NCBI GenBank assembly: GCA_963749495.1
Contig: CAVVMW010000007.1
Location: forward strand, 160,001-224,000
DNA from: an uncultured bacterium
GTDB lineage: Bacteria > Verrucomicrobiota > Verrucomicrobiia > Limisphaerales > UBA8199
Reading direction: 5' to 3'
DNA length: 64,000 bases
Shown here: positions 1 to 9,829 of the stretch, piece by piece
How the letters are laid out: every line of letters starts with the position of its first letter
Numbering within the stretch: position 1 is the stretch's first letter
Translations under genes and position numbers: made by a program
Notes under the pieces: generated by a model
Database searches by the model: none
What the model was told of the DNA's origin: nothing
Seen by the model: the letters and a program-made list of their open reading frames with translations, nothing else

Positions 1-1207
1 CCAGGATGCCGCCGAGCAGGCCGCCCAGCAGTGTGGTCCCGACCATGACGGCGATGATGATCGTGACCGGGTGCAGGCCAACGCGGCCACCCATGATATT
101 GGGCGAGATCAACAGCGCCTCCAGCGCCTGCACGGTGGCAAACACGACCAGCACCAGCACCGGGTGCAGCAAATCGCCGAATTGCACCAGGGCAATGATC
201 AGCCCGGTGCAGCACGTCGCTATCGCCCCCAGGAACGGGACCATCGTGAGCACGACCGCCATGGCGCCGATCAGCACTGCATAGGGCAGACCGATGGCCA
301 GAAAACCGATCCCGTAGAGCGTCCCGTCGCAGATCGCCACCAGCAACTGGCCCCGAAAAAAGGCGATCAGGTAATCGTTGATCGATCTGAGCACGAAGAC
401 CAACTCCTCTTTGAACCGCGAATCGCTCACCGGCAGGTAATCGGTCCAACTCAACGAGATCCTCCGCTTCTCGAGCAGGAAATAGAACGTATAGACGGGG
501 ATCAGGGCCAGTCCCACCAGCACGCCAAACCACGAGGCGACTCGGCCGGCCTGGCTCCAAAGCCAGGGCCCGGCCTGTTGGAGGGCCTGGGCCAGCCACC
601 CGGCGGCGGCCTGGAGTTCCTGCTGGGCGAGCGCGCCGCCCAGGAGTGAAGGCGGGGCATTGGTTGCGGCGCCGGCAAGGGTGTTGGTCGAGCCGCTCAG
701 GGCGGGCGGGTTGGCCGCCTCGACCGGGCCGGGCTGGTTGGTGAGGCCGGGGCCGCCCGCCGAAGCGGGAGCGGCCGCCGCGTGCTGCCGCCCGAACATC
801 GTCCGCGCCCAGGCCGGCGGATGGTTGATCCACAGTTCGAGGGAGGCGGCCACGCGGTTGGCATAGGCTGGCACGTGCGAGGCGAATTGGCCTGTCTCGT
901 GGATCAACTGCGGCACCACGCTGCCGAAGAGCACTCCCAACAGCAAGAGTGCCCCCACGAACACGGTCACGATCGCGCGCAGGCGCGAGGTGCCTTTGCG
1001 TTGCAGGAAATCAACCAACGGGTCCAGCAGGTAGGCCAGCATGCCGGCCACGGCCAGCGGCCAAAGCACCGGCGAGAGGATCTGCACCACCTTGCCCAGC
1101 CCCCAAATCAGGGCCGCCACCAGCGCCACCACCACCGCTATGGCCAGGCCCGTCGCCGCCAGCCAGATGAGCCGCGCCTGCCGTTCAGTGGGAGGAGGGA
1201 GGGTCAC
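1..1207 (-). CDS. AI-2E family transporter (3' end runs off the window)
   Basis: Manual translation from GTG 1207 (GTGA overlap with the proC stop): MTLPPPTERQARLIWLAATGLAIAVVVALVAALIWGLGKVVQILSPVLWPLAVAGMLAYLLDPLVDFL, a typical AI-2E/PerM N-terminus; multiple hydrophobic segments. Confidence 0.8.
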   Translation of the reverse strand, partial: MTLPPPTERQARLIWLAATGLAIAVVVALVAALIWGLGKVVQILSPVLWPLAVAGMLAYLLDPLVDFLQRKGTSRLRAIVTVFVGALLLLGVLFGSVVPQLIHETGQFASHVPAYANRVAASLELWINHPPAWARTMFGRQHAAAAPASAGGPGLTNQPGPVEAANPPALSGSTNTLAGAATNAPPSLLGGALAQQELQAAAGWLAQALQQAGPWLWSQAGRVASWFGVLVGLALIPVYTFYFLLEKRRISLSWTDYLPVSDSRFKEELVFVLRSINDYLIAFFRGQLLVAICDGTLYGIGFLAIGLPYAVLIGAMAVVLTMVPFLGAIATCCTGLIIALVQFGDLLHPVLVLVVFATVQALEALLISPNIMGGRVGLHPVTIIIAVMVGTTLLGGLLGGIL

Positions 1208-2016
1208 AGGCCCAGCTTCCTGGACTTGTCGGCGGCGGCGCGGACGGCGTTCATGAGGGTGGCGCGCAGGGCGCCCTTTTCCAGCTCATGGATGCCCTCG
1301 ATCGTGGTGCCGCCCGGGCTGGCAACCATGTCCTTGAGCGCGCCCGGGTGCAGCCCGGTCTCCAGGACCATCCTGGCCCCGCCCAGGACCGTCTGGGCCG
1401 CCAGCCGCATGGCTATGTCGCGTGGCAGGCCCGCCGCCACCCCGCCATCACTGAGGGCCTCGATGAGCACATACACATACGCCGGCCCGCTCCCGCTCAA
1501 ACCGGTGACGGCGTCGAGCAGGGCTTCTTTGAGAGCGAAGGCGATGCCGACCGAAGAGAAGAGCCGTTGGGCCAGCGCGCCGTCTTCGGGCGTGGCCGAC
1601 TTGCCCAACGCAAAGGCGGTGGCGGAAGCGCCCACCAGCGCCGGCGTGTTGGGCATCACGCGCACCAGGCGGGCGCCCGCGCCCAGCCCGGCCTCCAGCC
1701 GGGCCAGCGGCACCCCGGCGGCAATCGAGAGCAGCAGGTGCCGGGGTGTGAAGTGGCTGCGAATCTCGGCCAGCACGCCGGCCACCTGGTCCGGTTTGAC
1801 CGCCAGGATCAGCACCGCCGCCGCTTGGACAACCTCCGCATTGGCACCCGATGTCCTGGCGCCCGTCTCCCTCGAGAAGGCCGTCCGCGCCTCCTGGCTC
1901 GGGTCGCCGGCGATGATCCCCTCTGCCGCAACCAGCCCCGCCCGGAGAAAACCCCGCGCCAGCGCCGTGGCCATCTTGCCCGCCCCAAGGAAACCGATGG
2001 TGAGATTTTCTGCCAT
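1204..2016 (-). CDS. proC: pyrroline-5-carboxylate reductase
   Basis: GFLGAGKMA Rossmann motif, RVMPNTP, TGLSGSGPAY, VASPGGTTIEG signature. Confidence 0.97.
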   Translation of the reverse strand: MAENLTIGFLGAGKMATALARGFLRAGLVAAEGIIAGDPSQEARTAFSRETGARTSGANAEVVQAAAVLILAVKPDQVAGVLAEIRSHFTPRHLLLSIAAGVPLARLEAGLGAGARLVRVMPNTPALVGASATAFALGKSATPEDGALAQRLFSSVGIAFALKEALLDAVTGLSGSGPAYVYVLIEALSDGGVAAGLPRDIAMRLAAQTVLGGARMVLETGLHPGALKDMVASPGGTTIEGIHELEKGALRATLMNAVRAAADKSRKLGL

Positions 2017-2082
2017 GACCGGTACTTACCTATACAGGCGGCTAGTGGAAAGCCCAAATGTTGGCCGCCATAAAGTCATCGC

Positions 2083-2136
2083 GTCCCTTTTGTCCCTTTT
2101 GTCCCTTCAGCGAGGGACAAAAGCGACAAAAGGGAC
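2083..2136. repeat. inverted 9-mer tandem array (GTCCCTTTT)n ... (AAAAGGGAC)n
   Basis: gtcccttttgtcccttttgtccct-tcagcg-agggacaaaagcgacaaaagggac between tyrA and proC. Confidence 0.8.
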
Positions 2137-2141
2137 GGATT

Positions 2142-3302
2142 TCAGAACCTGTGCACGAGCTTTTCCACCAGGAACGTGCTCTCGCGCATGGCCTGTTCGC
2201 TGAAGGGCCCGAACCACTCGGCCACGTGGCGAAAACGGGCGATGAACTCCGCCTTGTCCCCGCGCTCGACCCAGCCCAGGTTCTGCTGGAGGGATTGCAG
2301 GTACTCCTTGAGCAGCGCCAGGCGCTGGGGTGTGGCAAAGACGATCTCGGCGTAAAGGGATGGGTCCTGGGCGAAGAGGCGGCCGACCATGGCCAATTCG
2401 AGGCGGTAGATCGGGCTGGACAATTCAAGCGTGCGGAGGATCGGGACGCGCCGCGAGTGGAGGAACTGGCCGAAGGCGAACGTGGCGAAGTGGCGGAGGG
2501 CCTGGACAATGCCCATGACTTCATCATGCTCCTCCGGCGAGGTCTCGACCAGGACATTGCCCCAGGTGGCCAATTGCTCGAGCAGCCACTGGCAGGCCTC
2601 CGTCTGGCGGCCCGGTGTGACCACGACGATCTGTTTGTCCATGCTCGCCGTGGCCAGCCCGAAGAGGGGATGGAGGCCGACGACAGGCCCCGGATGGGCC
2701 TCGAGCATGGCCCTCAAGGGCTCGCGCTTGAGACTGGTGATGTCGGCCAGGATGCAACCAGAGGGCAAGGACGGGGCTATCTTGGCCGCCACGGCGGCGG
2801 TGACATCGATCGGGACAGCCAGCAGACAGAGTTCGATGCCGGCCGTGAGCGTGGTGACCTGGGGCCAGTCATCCCGGTCCAGGATGCGCACGTCGTAATC
2901 CGATTGGGTGAACCACCCGCCGAAAAACCGGCCCATGCTGCCGCACCCCCCGACAATGAGCACGCGGGCGCCCGGCCGCGCCCCCCGCCGCCCCAGCGTC
3001 TGGAGTTGCCCCACCCGCGAATGGCGCAGCACTGCCCGGAAGAGGTCCTCGATGTAATCCGGGTCCAGGCCCGCCCGCACGGCCTGGGCGCGGCGCGCCG
3101 AGATCAGGTCCTCCTCGCGCGCCGGGTGAAAGGTGGGCAAATCGTGGTCTTGCTTGACCCGCACAACCTGCTCGACCACACGCCGCCTCTGCGCCAGCAA
3201 CGCCACCAATTGCTGATCGATGGCGTCGATCTCTGCGCGAAGCCGTTCGATGTCCGCGGGGCCCGCCGCCGCTCCGGCGGTTCTGGATTCCTGTTCGTTC
3301 AT
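2142..3302 (-). CDS. tyrA: bifunctional chorismate mutase / prephenate dehydrogenase
   Basis: N-terminal [19 protein letters not shown] (CM_2), then [41 protein letters not shown] 3302 chosen. Confidence 0.93.
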   Translation of the reverse strand: MNEQESRTAGAAAGPADIERLRAEIDAIDQQLVALLAQRRRVVEQVVRVKQDHDLPTFHPAREEDLISARRAQAVRAGLDPDYIEDLFRAVLRHSRVGQLQTLGRRGARPGARVLIVGGCGSMGRFFGGWFTQSDYDVRILDRDDWPQVTTLTAGIELCLLAVPIDVTAAVAAKIAPSLPSGCILADITSLKREPLRAMLEAHPGPVVGLHPLFGLATASMDKQIVVVTPGRQTEACQWLLEQLATWGNVLVETSPEEHDEVMGIVQALRHFATFAFGQFLHSRRVPILRTLELSSPIYRLELAMVGRLFAQDPSLYAEIVFATPQRLALLKEYLQSLQQNLGWVERGDKAEFIARFRHVAEWFGPFSEQAMRESTFLVEKLVHRF

Positions 3303-3397
3303 GTCTTGGTCCTTTGGGAGGTTATCCCGGCGGCGGCGCCCGCGCAAAAAGTTTTAGGCAGGGCGAGGGGGCGAGGGGGTATCTGGGTTGTACCACT

Positions 3398-3424
3398 GTG
3401 GGGCAGACCTCTGGTCTGCCCCAC
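3398..3424. repeat. REP-like palindrome
   Basis: GTGGGGCAGACC-TCT-GGTCTGCCCCAC perfect 12-bp stem. Confidence 0.6.
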
Positions 3425-3549
3425 GGGACTTGCCAATGCCATGGTGCTACAGACCCGATGCGCCCAGGGGGCGCCGTTTTCTCAAGTTGACGCCCTCCAC
3501 GGCTTGTGTTTAGCTGTGATCGTGAATTTGTGCTGATTATGTTCTGATT

Positions 3550-4008
3550 ATGATCACAGCAGACCCTCCCACCGCGAGTCATGATCAGGTGGTGCGAGAC
3601 GCGATGGCGTCTGAGCCACTGAAGGGGATTACGGTTGAGTGTTTTCAAGCGATAATGAATTCGGCTGCCGCACAGCCGGGTGTTCAGCCGGACTTCGCAA
3701 ATGCGTTGAGAGCCGCGGGTTGGCTTGTGGAAGCGGCTGCGTTTCGTGATCTAGAGGAGAGATTCATATCCGAAGGGACCCATCGCCCCTATTTGTCCGG
3801 TCTGATCGCCAGCGGGGAGGCCCTTGTTTGGGCGGCCAGGAAAGACGGGATGGCGGCAACAGCCTCGTCCCCCTTCAAATTCACGTTGGAGGATGTGCAG
3901 GCCACTCTCGATTCTCTCCATACGACCTTTCGTTGCGAGTGTGGCCCAAAGAATTCTCAGAAGACAAACGAGCTAATCGCCCAACTATTCGATGGCTCGA
4001 AATCCTGA
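3550..4008 (+). CDS. hypothetical protein A of two-gene module (paralog of 39719..40156)
   Basis: 152-aa ORF in lower-GC patch; shares GW..F..E..HR..L...GE.L..D..A...L....R...G.......E.....F pattern with 39719..40156; start uncertain. Confidence 0.7.
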   Translation: MITADPPTASHDQVVRDAMASEPLKGITVECFQAIMNSAAAQPGVQPDFANALRAAGWLVEAAAFRDLEERFISEGTHRPYLSGLIASGEALVWAARKDGMAATASSPFKFTLEDVQATLDSLHTTFRCECGPKNSQKTNELIAQLFDGSKS

Positions 4009-4249
4009 AATTGAGGGGATTCTCGAAGCCTGGTGGCAATGGGAACATGGTCTGCCAAGTTTGCCAGGCGAAAAGGCCAGCTCAAAAAAGCAGCTTGATG
4101 AATTGTTGGATGTCGTGGTTGACAGGAGCCAGCGTCTCTACACACGCGAACAAATTCTCGACCACCTTTATTCTCAATACAAGGACTATAAGCTCCAGAG
4201 GAGGAAGAGCGAACAAGTGGCGGTGGCGCAATCCGCAATGAAGAAATGA
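3992..4249 (+). CDS. hypothetical protein B of two-gene module (paralog of 40137..40370)
   Basis: 85 aa, overlaps the upstream gene by 17 nt; IL.A..E..[ED]KA....L..LLD..R......L......Y...RR..E shared with 40137..40370. Confidence 0.72.
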   Translation: MARNPEIEGILEAWWQWEHGLPSLPGEKASSKKQLDELLDVVVDRSQRLYTREQILDHLYSQYKDYKLQRRKSEQVAVAQSAMKK

Positions 4250-4547
4250 ACGCGCCGGAACGGGAATGAAACGGCCCGGGAGCGATTCTGTCTGGGCCAC
4301 TCTTGGCCCCTCCTCGGTTCGCTCCAAGTTATCCACGATCCAGCGTTGGATCTGAAAGACACTTTCGCACCTCATCATGACCAGGGTGGGGCGTTCGAAG
4401 GCTGCGAAGCTCTCGAGTTTAATCACGCCGACGCGCTGTTCGTGCCGCCGGCGCAGCCTTTGGTTCGCCCGGCACAGCGGTTGGTGACATAATGCTGGCG
4501 AGCCGGCGCAAGACGGTGTTGTTTAAGCGGCAAATTGGAGCACGGAC

Positions 4548-5736
4548 ATGAATCGGCGCTACGACTTGGATTGGCTGCGGGTGATTGCCTTCGCCCTGCT
4601 CATGCTCTTCCACACGGGCATGTTGTTCAGCACCTGGGATTGGCACGTCAAGAACATCGAGACCAACGCGGGGTTCGACTACGTCATGCGGTTCGTGCAC
4701 CAATGGCGAATGCCCTTGCTCTTCTTCATCTCCGGCTCCGCCGTCTGGTTCGCCATGGAACGTTACTCCACCTGGCGGTTTTTCCTCGAACGCCACAAGC
4801 GCCTGCTGCTGCCGCTGGTCTTCGGGATGCTCGTCGTCATCCCGCCCCAGGTTTATCACGAGCGGCTCTATCACCATCAGCAATACGCCTCGTTTTGGGA
4901 TTTCTATCCCACCACATTCACCTCGGGCGGCTATCCGCAGGGCAACCTCTCCTGGCACCACCTGTGGTATGTGCCCTACATCTGGACCTACTCGATGCTC
5001 CTGCTCCCGGCATTTGCGTGGCTGCGCTCGAGCCGGGGGCGGCCGTGGCTGGAACGGGCGCAGCGGTGGATAGGCCGCCCATGGGCGCTCTTCCTGCCTC
5101 TTCATCCCCGCGGCGCTCTCGGATGCCCTTCTCAGGCCGTTCTGGCCGAACGATGCGAACAACCTCGTGTCCGACTGGGCCAACTTCTCGCACAAGCTCA
5201 CCTTCTTTGCCATCGGTTTCGCGCTGGCCTCGGGCACGCGTGTCTATGACCGCATCGCGGCCCAGCGGCGCAAGTTCCTGCTGGCGGCAGTGGTGACGCT
5301 GGGCATCCTGCACCCGCTCTGGTATTCCGAGCGGCGTTATGCGCCGACGGCGGCCATGGTGGTTTACCATTTTCTGAACAATTTTCATATCTGGATGTGG
5401 CTGCTGGCCGCCTTGGGATACGGGCGGCGCTACTTGAGCTTCAATCATCCCTTCCTCCGGCGCGCCAACGAAGCGGTCTATCCCTTCTACATTTTGCACC
5501 AGACCGTGATTATCATCATTGGTTACCATCTGGCTTATGCCAATTGGAGCATCGCGGTGAAGTTCCCGCTCGCCGCCGCCGCGACGTTTCTCATCTGCTG
5601 GGCCATTTATGCCCTGGCCATCCGCCCCTGGAACCTCCTCCGTGTGGCCTTCGGCATGAAATGGCAGCGCGCCCGCCCGGCGGACGAGGCGCGGGCCAAA
5701 ACCATCCCCTCGCCGACGGGGACCCAAACAGTGTGA
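4548..5736 (+). pseudogene. acyltransferase 3 family (OpgC/MdoC-like) membrane acyltransferase, 1-nt frameshift near 5097
   Basis: RRYDLDWLRV, WRMPLLFFISG, HHLWY, ANEAVYPFYILHQT; removing one C in ttcctgcctcttc joins ORFs 4548..5249 and 5167..5736 (FLLFIPAALSD...). May be a sequencing error. Confidence 0.85.
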
Positions 5737-5878
5737 GCAAAATGAACTGGACCCTCTCCATGAACCGACCCCGAGCCCGCAAGGTTCTGGACTGCGGCAG
5801 TCCAAAACGCTCCGCGCCGGGCTAGACCCGTCCGTTGCACGGTCCCGATGCGCGATCCCAGAGTCCTGGATACGTTCC

Positions 5879-7009
5879 ATGAGCCTTGCCCTGTTCCGCG
5901 TCCTGAGCTTCCTGCTGCTCTTTCTCCTGTGCTCCTGCACCCATCGCGGCGGACAACTGGTTTGCCGCCAGTTCGAGGCGCCGTCGCTCGCGGCCAACCG
6001 GTTTGGGATCTCGGCGCGGCAGCAACTGGCCATCTATCTGCCTCCCTCGTATCGGGAGGGCACACGCCGCTTCCCGGTGCTTTATTTTCTGCCGAACTTC
6101 GACAACATCATCGAGCGTTACACAGGCGGCTCCTACCAGGGATTTCGCCTGAAGGAGGCCATGGACAGCCTGATCCGCAACGGCGCCGCCGGAGAGGTCA
6201 TCGTCGTGGTGCCGAACGCTCATCATTTCCTGGGCGGAAGCTGGTACCACAACTCGCCCCTAACGGGCAATTGGGAGGATTACGTCGTCAACGACGTGGT
6301 CCAGTACATGGACCGGCACTTCCGCACCGTGCCGGCCGCTACGGCCCGCGGCCTGGCCGGGCATGGCATGGGTGGCACCGGGGCGCTGGTGCTGGGGCTC
6401 AAGCACCCGGACCGGTTCAGCGCCGTCTATGCCCTGAGCCCGGCGCTCTTTGATCCGGACGGTCTGAGGGACTCGGGCCTGGTGAGCCAACGCCAGCTTC
6501 TCCGATGGCAGGCCCTTCTGGGACGGTGTCAGGGCCTGGGCGATGCGGCCCGGCGCCGGACCTTCCGGGATTACGTACAGGCCCGGCTCAACAGCCCCTC
6601 CCGAGAGACGTTCTTCGAGGGGTTGAGCGTCTCCTATGCCGCCGCCGTGGCTCCCGACCTGGCCTTGCCTTACCCGCACATCGCATGGCCGGCCCCGGGC
6701 AACGCGGCGGACTCGCAGGCGGCCCTGCTTGCCCGCTATGAAAAGGGCCTGGGCGGCTGGAGCGACAAACTGGCCGCCTATCGCGCCCGGGGCATTTCCC
6801 TCAAGGCAATCACCCTGGAAGACGGCGGGGATGGGGATTTCCCTTGGATTTGCCGCGGTGTGGAATATGTGGCCGGCCTGATGCGGGCCCAGGGCATTGG
6901 CGTCAGCGTGGCAGTGCATTCCGGCGGGCATGAATTGAGGCTGGGAGGGCGCCTGGAATGCGCTATGCTCCCAGCCATGGCCAACACGCTGCAGAGCCCG
7001 CATGAGTGA
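5879..7009 (+). CDS. secreted/lipoprotein alpha/beta hydrolase (esterase family), nucleophile elbow GHGMGG
   Basis: IYLPPSY, RFPVLYFL, WEDYVVNDVVQYMD, RGLAGHGMGG, HPDRFSAVYALSP; N-terminal signal with Cys. Confidence 0.8.
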   Translation: MSLALFRVLSFLLLFLLCSCTHRGGQLVCRQFEAPSLAANRFGISARQQLAIYLPPSYREGTRRFPVLYFLPNFDNIIERYTGGSYQGFRLKEAMDSLIRNGAAGEVIVVVPNAHHFLGGSWYHNSPLTGNWEDYVVNDVVQYMDRHFRTVPAATARGLAGHGMGGTGALVLGLKHPDRFSAVYALSPALFDPDGLRDSGLVSQRQLLRWQALLGRCQGLGDAARRRTFRDYVQARLNSPSRETFFEGLSVSYAAAVAPDLALPYPHIAWPAPGNAADSQAALLARYEKGLGGWSDKLAAYRARGISLKAITLEDGGDGDFPWICRGVEYVAGLMRAQGIGVSVAVHSGGHELRLGGRLECAMLPAMANTLQSPHE

Positions 7010-7249
7010 GAACCACATAACGACACAGGCCGGCGCCCCGGCAGAGCGCCGGCGGGGCGGGCGCGGCGTCATTGGATTGAGCTTTGCGACCTGAACTGGG
7101 GAGTCGCCTTCCTGGTCAACCTGGAGGCCCTGCGCGAGCTGGCGCCCCTGGGCCAAGGCGACTGCGTGGCCGTGCTCAAATCGGGCGTCCGCCTCAACGC
7201 GCGGCGCAGTTACAAGGACCGCCTCCTCCAGGCCATGGGCGGCTCCTAA
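7002..7249 (+). pseudogene. degenerate LytTR DNA-binding domain gene
   Basis: Frame ending at TAA 7247-7249 reads ...HWIELCDLNWGVAFLVNLEALRELAPLGQGDCVAVLKSGVRLNARRSYKDRLLQAMGGS*, LytTR N- and C-terminal parts with the middle missing. Confidence 0.6.
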
Positions 7250-7381
7250 AGGCTGAAGGCTAAAGGCTGAAGGCTAAAGTGCAGAGGCCAAAGGTGCATG
7301 AGGCAGCCCACACGTCCTTACGACCCATGGCACCCCGTTCCCGCACTTCAGCCTTCAGCCTTTAGCCTTTAGCCTTTAGCC
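7249..7381. repeat. inverted heptamer arrays (GGCTAAA/GGCTGAA)n ... (TTTAGCC/TTCAGCC)n
   Basis: Direct inspection; left arm plus gtgcagaggccaaag-tgcatga-gcagccca recurs at 42421-42483. Confidence 0.85.
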
Positions 7382-8452
7382 CTCGGCCAGTCTGGCCATA
7401 GCCGTTTCCTGCTGCTCGATGGACTGGAGGAGCCTGAACTGGGTGCGGCAGCGGTCGAGGTTGTGGCCCTGGCGATGCACCTTGAAATAGGCGTCGCCGG
7501 CCAGAAAATCCGTGAGGAAGCGGATGCCGATTTCAAAGGTGATGAGCTTGCCGGAGGCGGGCAGGAGCCTTTTCTCGGCGGGGGTCAGGAAGGCGGCCGC
7601 CGAGGCCAGGTAGCCGCGGACCAGCGCCTCGAACATCGGGAATTGCATTTTCACTTGCGACAAATCCCTCTCGTCCTCTGCTGCCGGGCTGGTCGCCGTG
7701 CGCACCATGTCGCCAAAATCGTAAAGCGCCAGGCCGGGCATGACCGTGTCCAAGTCGATCACACAAATCCCCTCGCCCGTGGCGTCGTCCAGCATGACGT
7801 TGTTGAACTTGGTGTCGTTGTGCGTCACCCGCTCCGGCAAATTCGCATCGAGGAGCAGGCTGCAAATCGCCTTGTGCCTCATGGCAAACTCGATTTCCGG
7901 CCGGGCGAGCCGGGCGCGATTGGCCGGGTCGGCTTCAATGGCCTTTTCCAGGGCGGCGAATCGTTTGGGGGTGTGATGGAAATCGGGGATGGTGTCGTGC
8001 AGCCGCGGCGCGGGCAGGTCGGCCAGGAGTTGCTGGAAGCGTCCGAAGGCCCTGGCGGCCTGGAGGGCCTGTTGCGGGGATTCGACGGCCTCGAAGGTCC
8101 GCGCCTTTTCGATGAAGATGTAGGCGCGCCAGTAGTTGCCGCGCGGGTCGCGGTGATAGGCCAGGCCGTCGCAGGCCGGGATCAGGGTCAACACGCGGCG
8201 GCTCCAGCCGGGTTGGCCGGCGGACTTCCGGCGGAGGTGCCCGATGACGCGCTGGATGTTATCCATGAGGGCCGGCGGGTTTGTGAAGATGTGATGGTTG
8301 ACCCTCTGGAAGATGTAGCGCACCGGCGCGCCGGCCTGGTCGAACACGACGCAGTAGGTGTCGTTGATGTGGCCGTTGCCGTAAGGCCCCGCCTGCAAAA
8401 ACTCGCCGTGGATTTGGAAATGCCGCGCCACGGCGCGGAGGTCGTGTTTCAA
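7376..8452 (-). CDS. aminoglycoside phosphotransferase-fold sugar kinase (N-acetylhexosamine 1-kinase/MdsC-like)
   Basis: GNGHINDTY, LHDTIPDFHHTPKRF, RVTHNDTKFNN, VIDLDTVMPG, YDFGD, RFLTDFLAGDAYFK. Confidence 0.85.
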   Translation of the reverse strand: MKHDLRAVARHFQIHGEFLQAGPYGNGHINDTYCVVFDQAGAPVRYIFQRVNHHIFTNPPALMDNIQRVIGHLRRKSAGQPGWSRRVLTLIPACDGLAYHRDPRGNYWRAYIFIEKARTFEAVESPQQALQAARAFGRFQQLLADLPAPRLHDTIPDFHHTPKRFAALEKAIEADPANRARLARPEIEFAMRHKAICSLLLDANLPERVTHNDTKFNNVMLDDATGEGICVIDLDTVMPGLALYDFGDMVRTATSPAAEDERDLSQVKMQFPMFEALVRGYLASAAAFLTPAEKRLLPASGKLITFEIGIRFLTDFLAGDAYFKVHRQGHNLDRCRTQFRLLQSIEQQETAMARLAEG

Positions 8453-8556
8453 GTTCTTGCCCAGTGTAGTTCCTACGGCCCCGCAGAGTCAAAACAGACG
8501 CTGGGCTCCCAAAGGGGGCTTGCGTGCGGCCCAGCAATCAATAGTATTTTAGTAGT

Positions 8557-8811
8557 ATGAGACGCCACACGCAATTGCCAGTCCCTGTGGACCCGGAAAC
8601 CAAGAGTATGATCGAGGAGGCGGCCCTCAAGACGCATCTCTCCCAGGCCGCTGTCATGCGGATGGCGCTGCGCTTTGGGACTCCGGAGGTGGTTCGGCGC
8701 TTCGAAGTAGCAAAGCGTCCGCGCCGCAATTTCGCAGACTACCTCGGCCTGTTCGCCGGCGTGGTGCAGCGCAACCGGGAGCTGGTCAATTCATGCTGTG
8801 ACAGTTCATGA
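8557..8811 (+). CDS. small ribbon-helix-helix-like protein, putative orphan antitoxin
   Basis: Beta-strand (QLPVPVD) followed by two helices (KSMIEEAALKTHLSQAAVMRMAL); ATGA overlap with the next gene. Confidence 0.5.
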   Translation: MRRHTQLPVPVDPETKSMIEEAALKTHLSQAAVMRMALRFGTPEVVRRFEVAKRPRRNFADYLGLFAGVVQRNRELVNSCCDSS

Positions 8812-9752
8812 CTACTGAGAAGGGGTTGCAAGAGTCCAAGAAGGGCGCGGGTTCGCGGCTGGGATTGTTGCTGGGAGCGGGGGCCATACTGTTTTGGTCA
8901 TTTGGCTCGTCGCTGGTCTTCCTGGGGGCGCGGCAGATGGGGACGTGGCCGTTTGTGGCGCTGAGTTCACTGACCGGAGGGGTACTGCAACTGGGCTGGC
9001 GGCGGGTGTATCACGGGGAATTGCGGAGCGCGGTGCGGCTGCCCTGGCGGCTCTGGGCGGTGCCGGTGTGCTGTTTTGTGATGTATGGGCTGGCCTGGCC
9101 GTGGGCCCTGTCGGCCTCGACTGCCCGGCAAGTCTTCGGGGTCAACCTTGTCAATTATCTCTGGCCGATTCTGACGGTGGTCTTGAGCGCCTGGTGGGTG
9201 CCGGGAGTGCGCCTGACGGGGCGGTTGGCAGCGGCGATGCTGCTGGCGCTGGCAGGGCTGCTGTTGGTCAACCTGCCGCAAATACGGGAGGCGGTTTTGT
9301 CCGGCACGTCGGGCGGGGTGTCTCGGGGCGATAGTCTGCTGCCCTATCTGCTGGCGTCGGTGGCGGCGGTCACTTGGGGGGTTTATTCGGCGATCCTGGC
9401 GCGGTGGCGCGGTTGGGCGCAGGATTATGCGACCAGCCCGATCGGGTTTGTCATCATCGGCCTGGTCGCCTGCGCAGTCATAGGGCTGGGCGGGGGCATG
9501 CCGGCCAAGGCGGTCCCGTCGGCGCGGGGCCTGACGCTCCTGTATGGAGCCGGACCCTTGGCAGCGGGCTACCTATTGTGGGAGATAGCGCTGCCGCGGG
9601 CCAAGGTCCAGACCCTGGGCCTCATCGCCGCCGCCACGCCGGTTTTGTCCACGTTCCTGCTTTGTTTTTTCCTGAGGAAGCCGCCTGGCCTGGAACTGAT
9701 CACCGCCGCGCTCCTGGTCAGCGGCGGAGTGATCCTGAGCATGAGAGAGTAA
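8808..9752 (+). CDS. EamA/DMT family transporter (YddG-like)
   Basis: About 10 hydrophobic segments, VNYLWPILTV, AAATPVLST. Confidence 0.85.
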   Translation: MTTEKGLQESKKGAGSRLGLLLGAGAILFWSFGSSLVFLGARQMGTWPFVALSSLTGGVLQLGWRRVYHGELRSAVRLPWRLWAVPVCCFVMYGLAWPWALSASTARQVFGVNLVNYLWPILTVVLSAWWVPGVRLTGRLAAAMLLALAGLLLVNLPQIREAVLSGTSGGVSRGDSLLPYLLASVAAVTWGVYSAILARWRGWAQDYATSPIGFVIIGLVACAVIGLGGGMPAKAVPSARGLTLLYGAGPLAAGYLLWEIALPRAKVQTLGLIAAATPVLSTFLLCFFLRKPPGLELITAALLVSGGVILSMRE

Positions 9753-9774
9753 ACGTGGGCACGTCGAGCTTGAA

Positions 9775-9817
9775 GTCTGACCGGTCCGACTCGTCTGACC
9801 TGTCTGACTCGTCTGAC
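9775..9817. repeat. 9-mer tandem array (GTCTGACNN)n
   Basis: gtctgaccg gtccgactc gtctgacct gtctgactc gtctgac between convergent genes; complementary-type array at 54140-54180. Confidence 0.75.
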
Positions 9818-9829
9818 GCGCGACATCCT

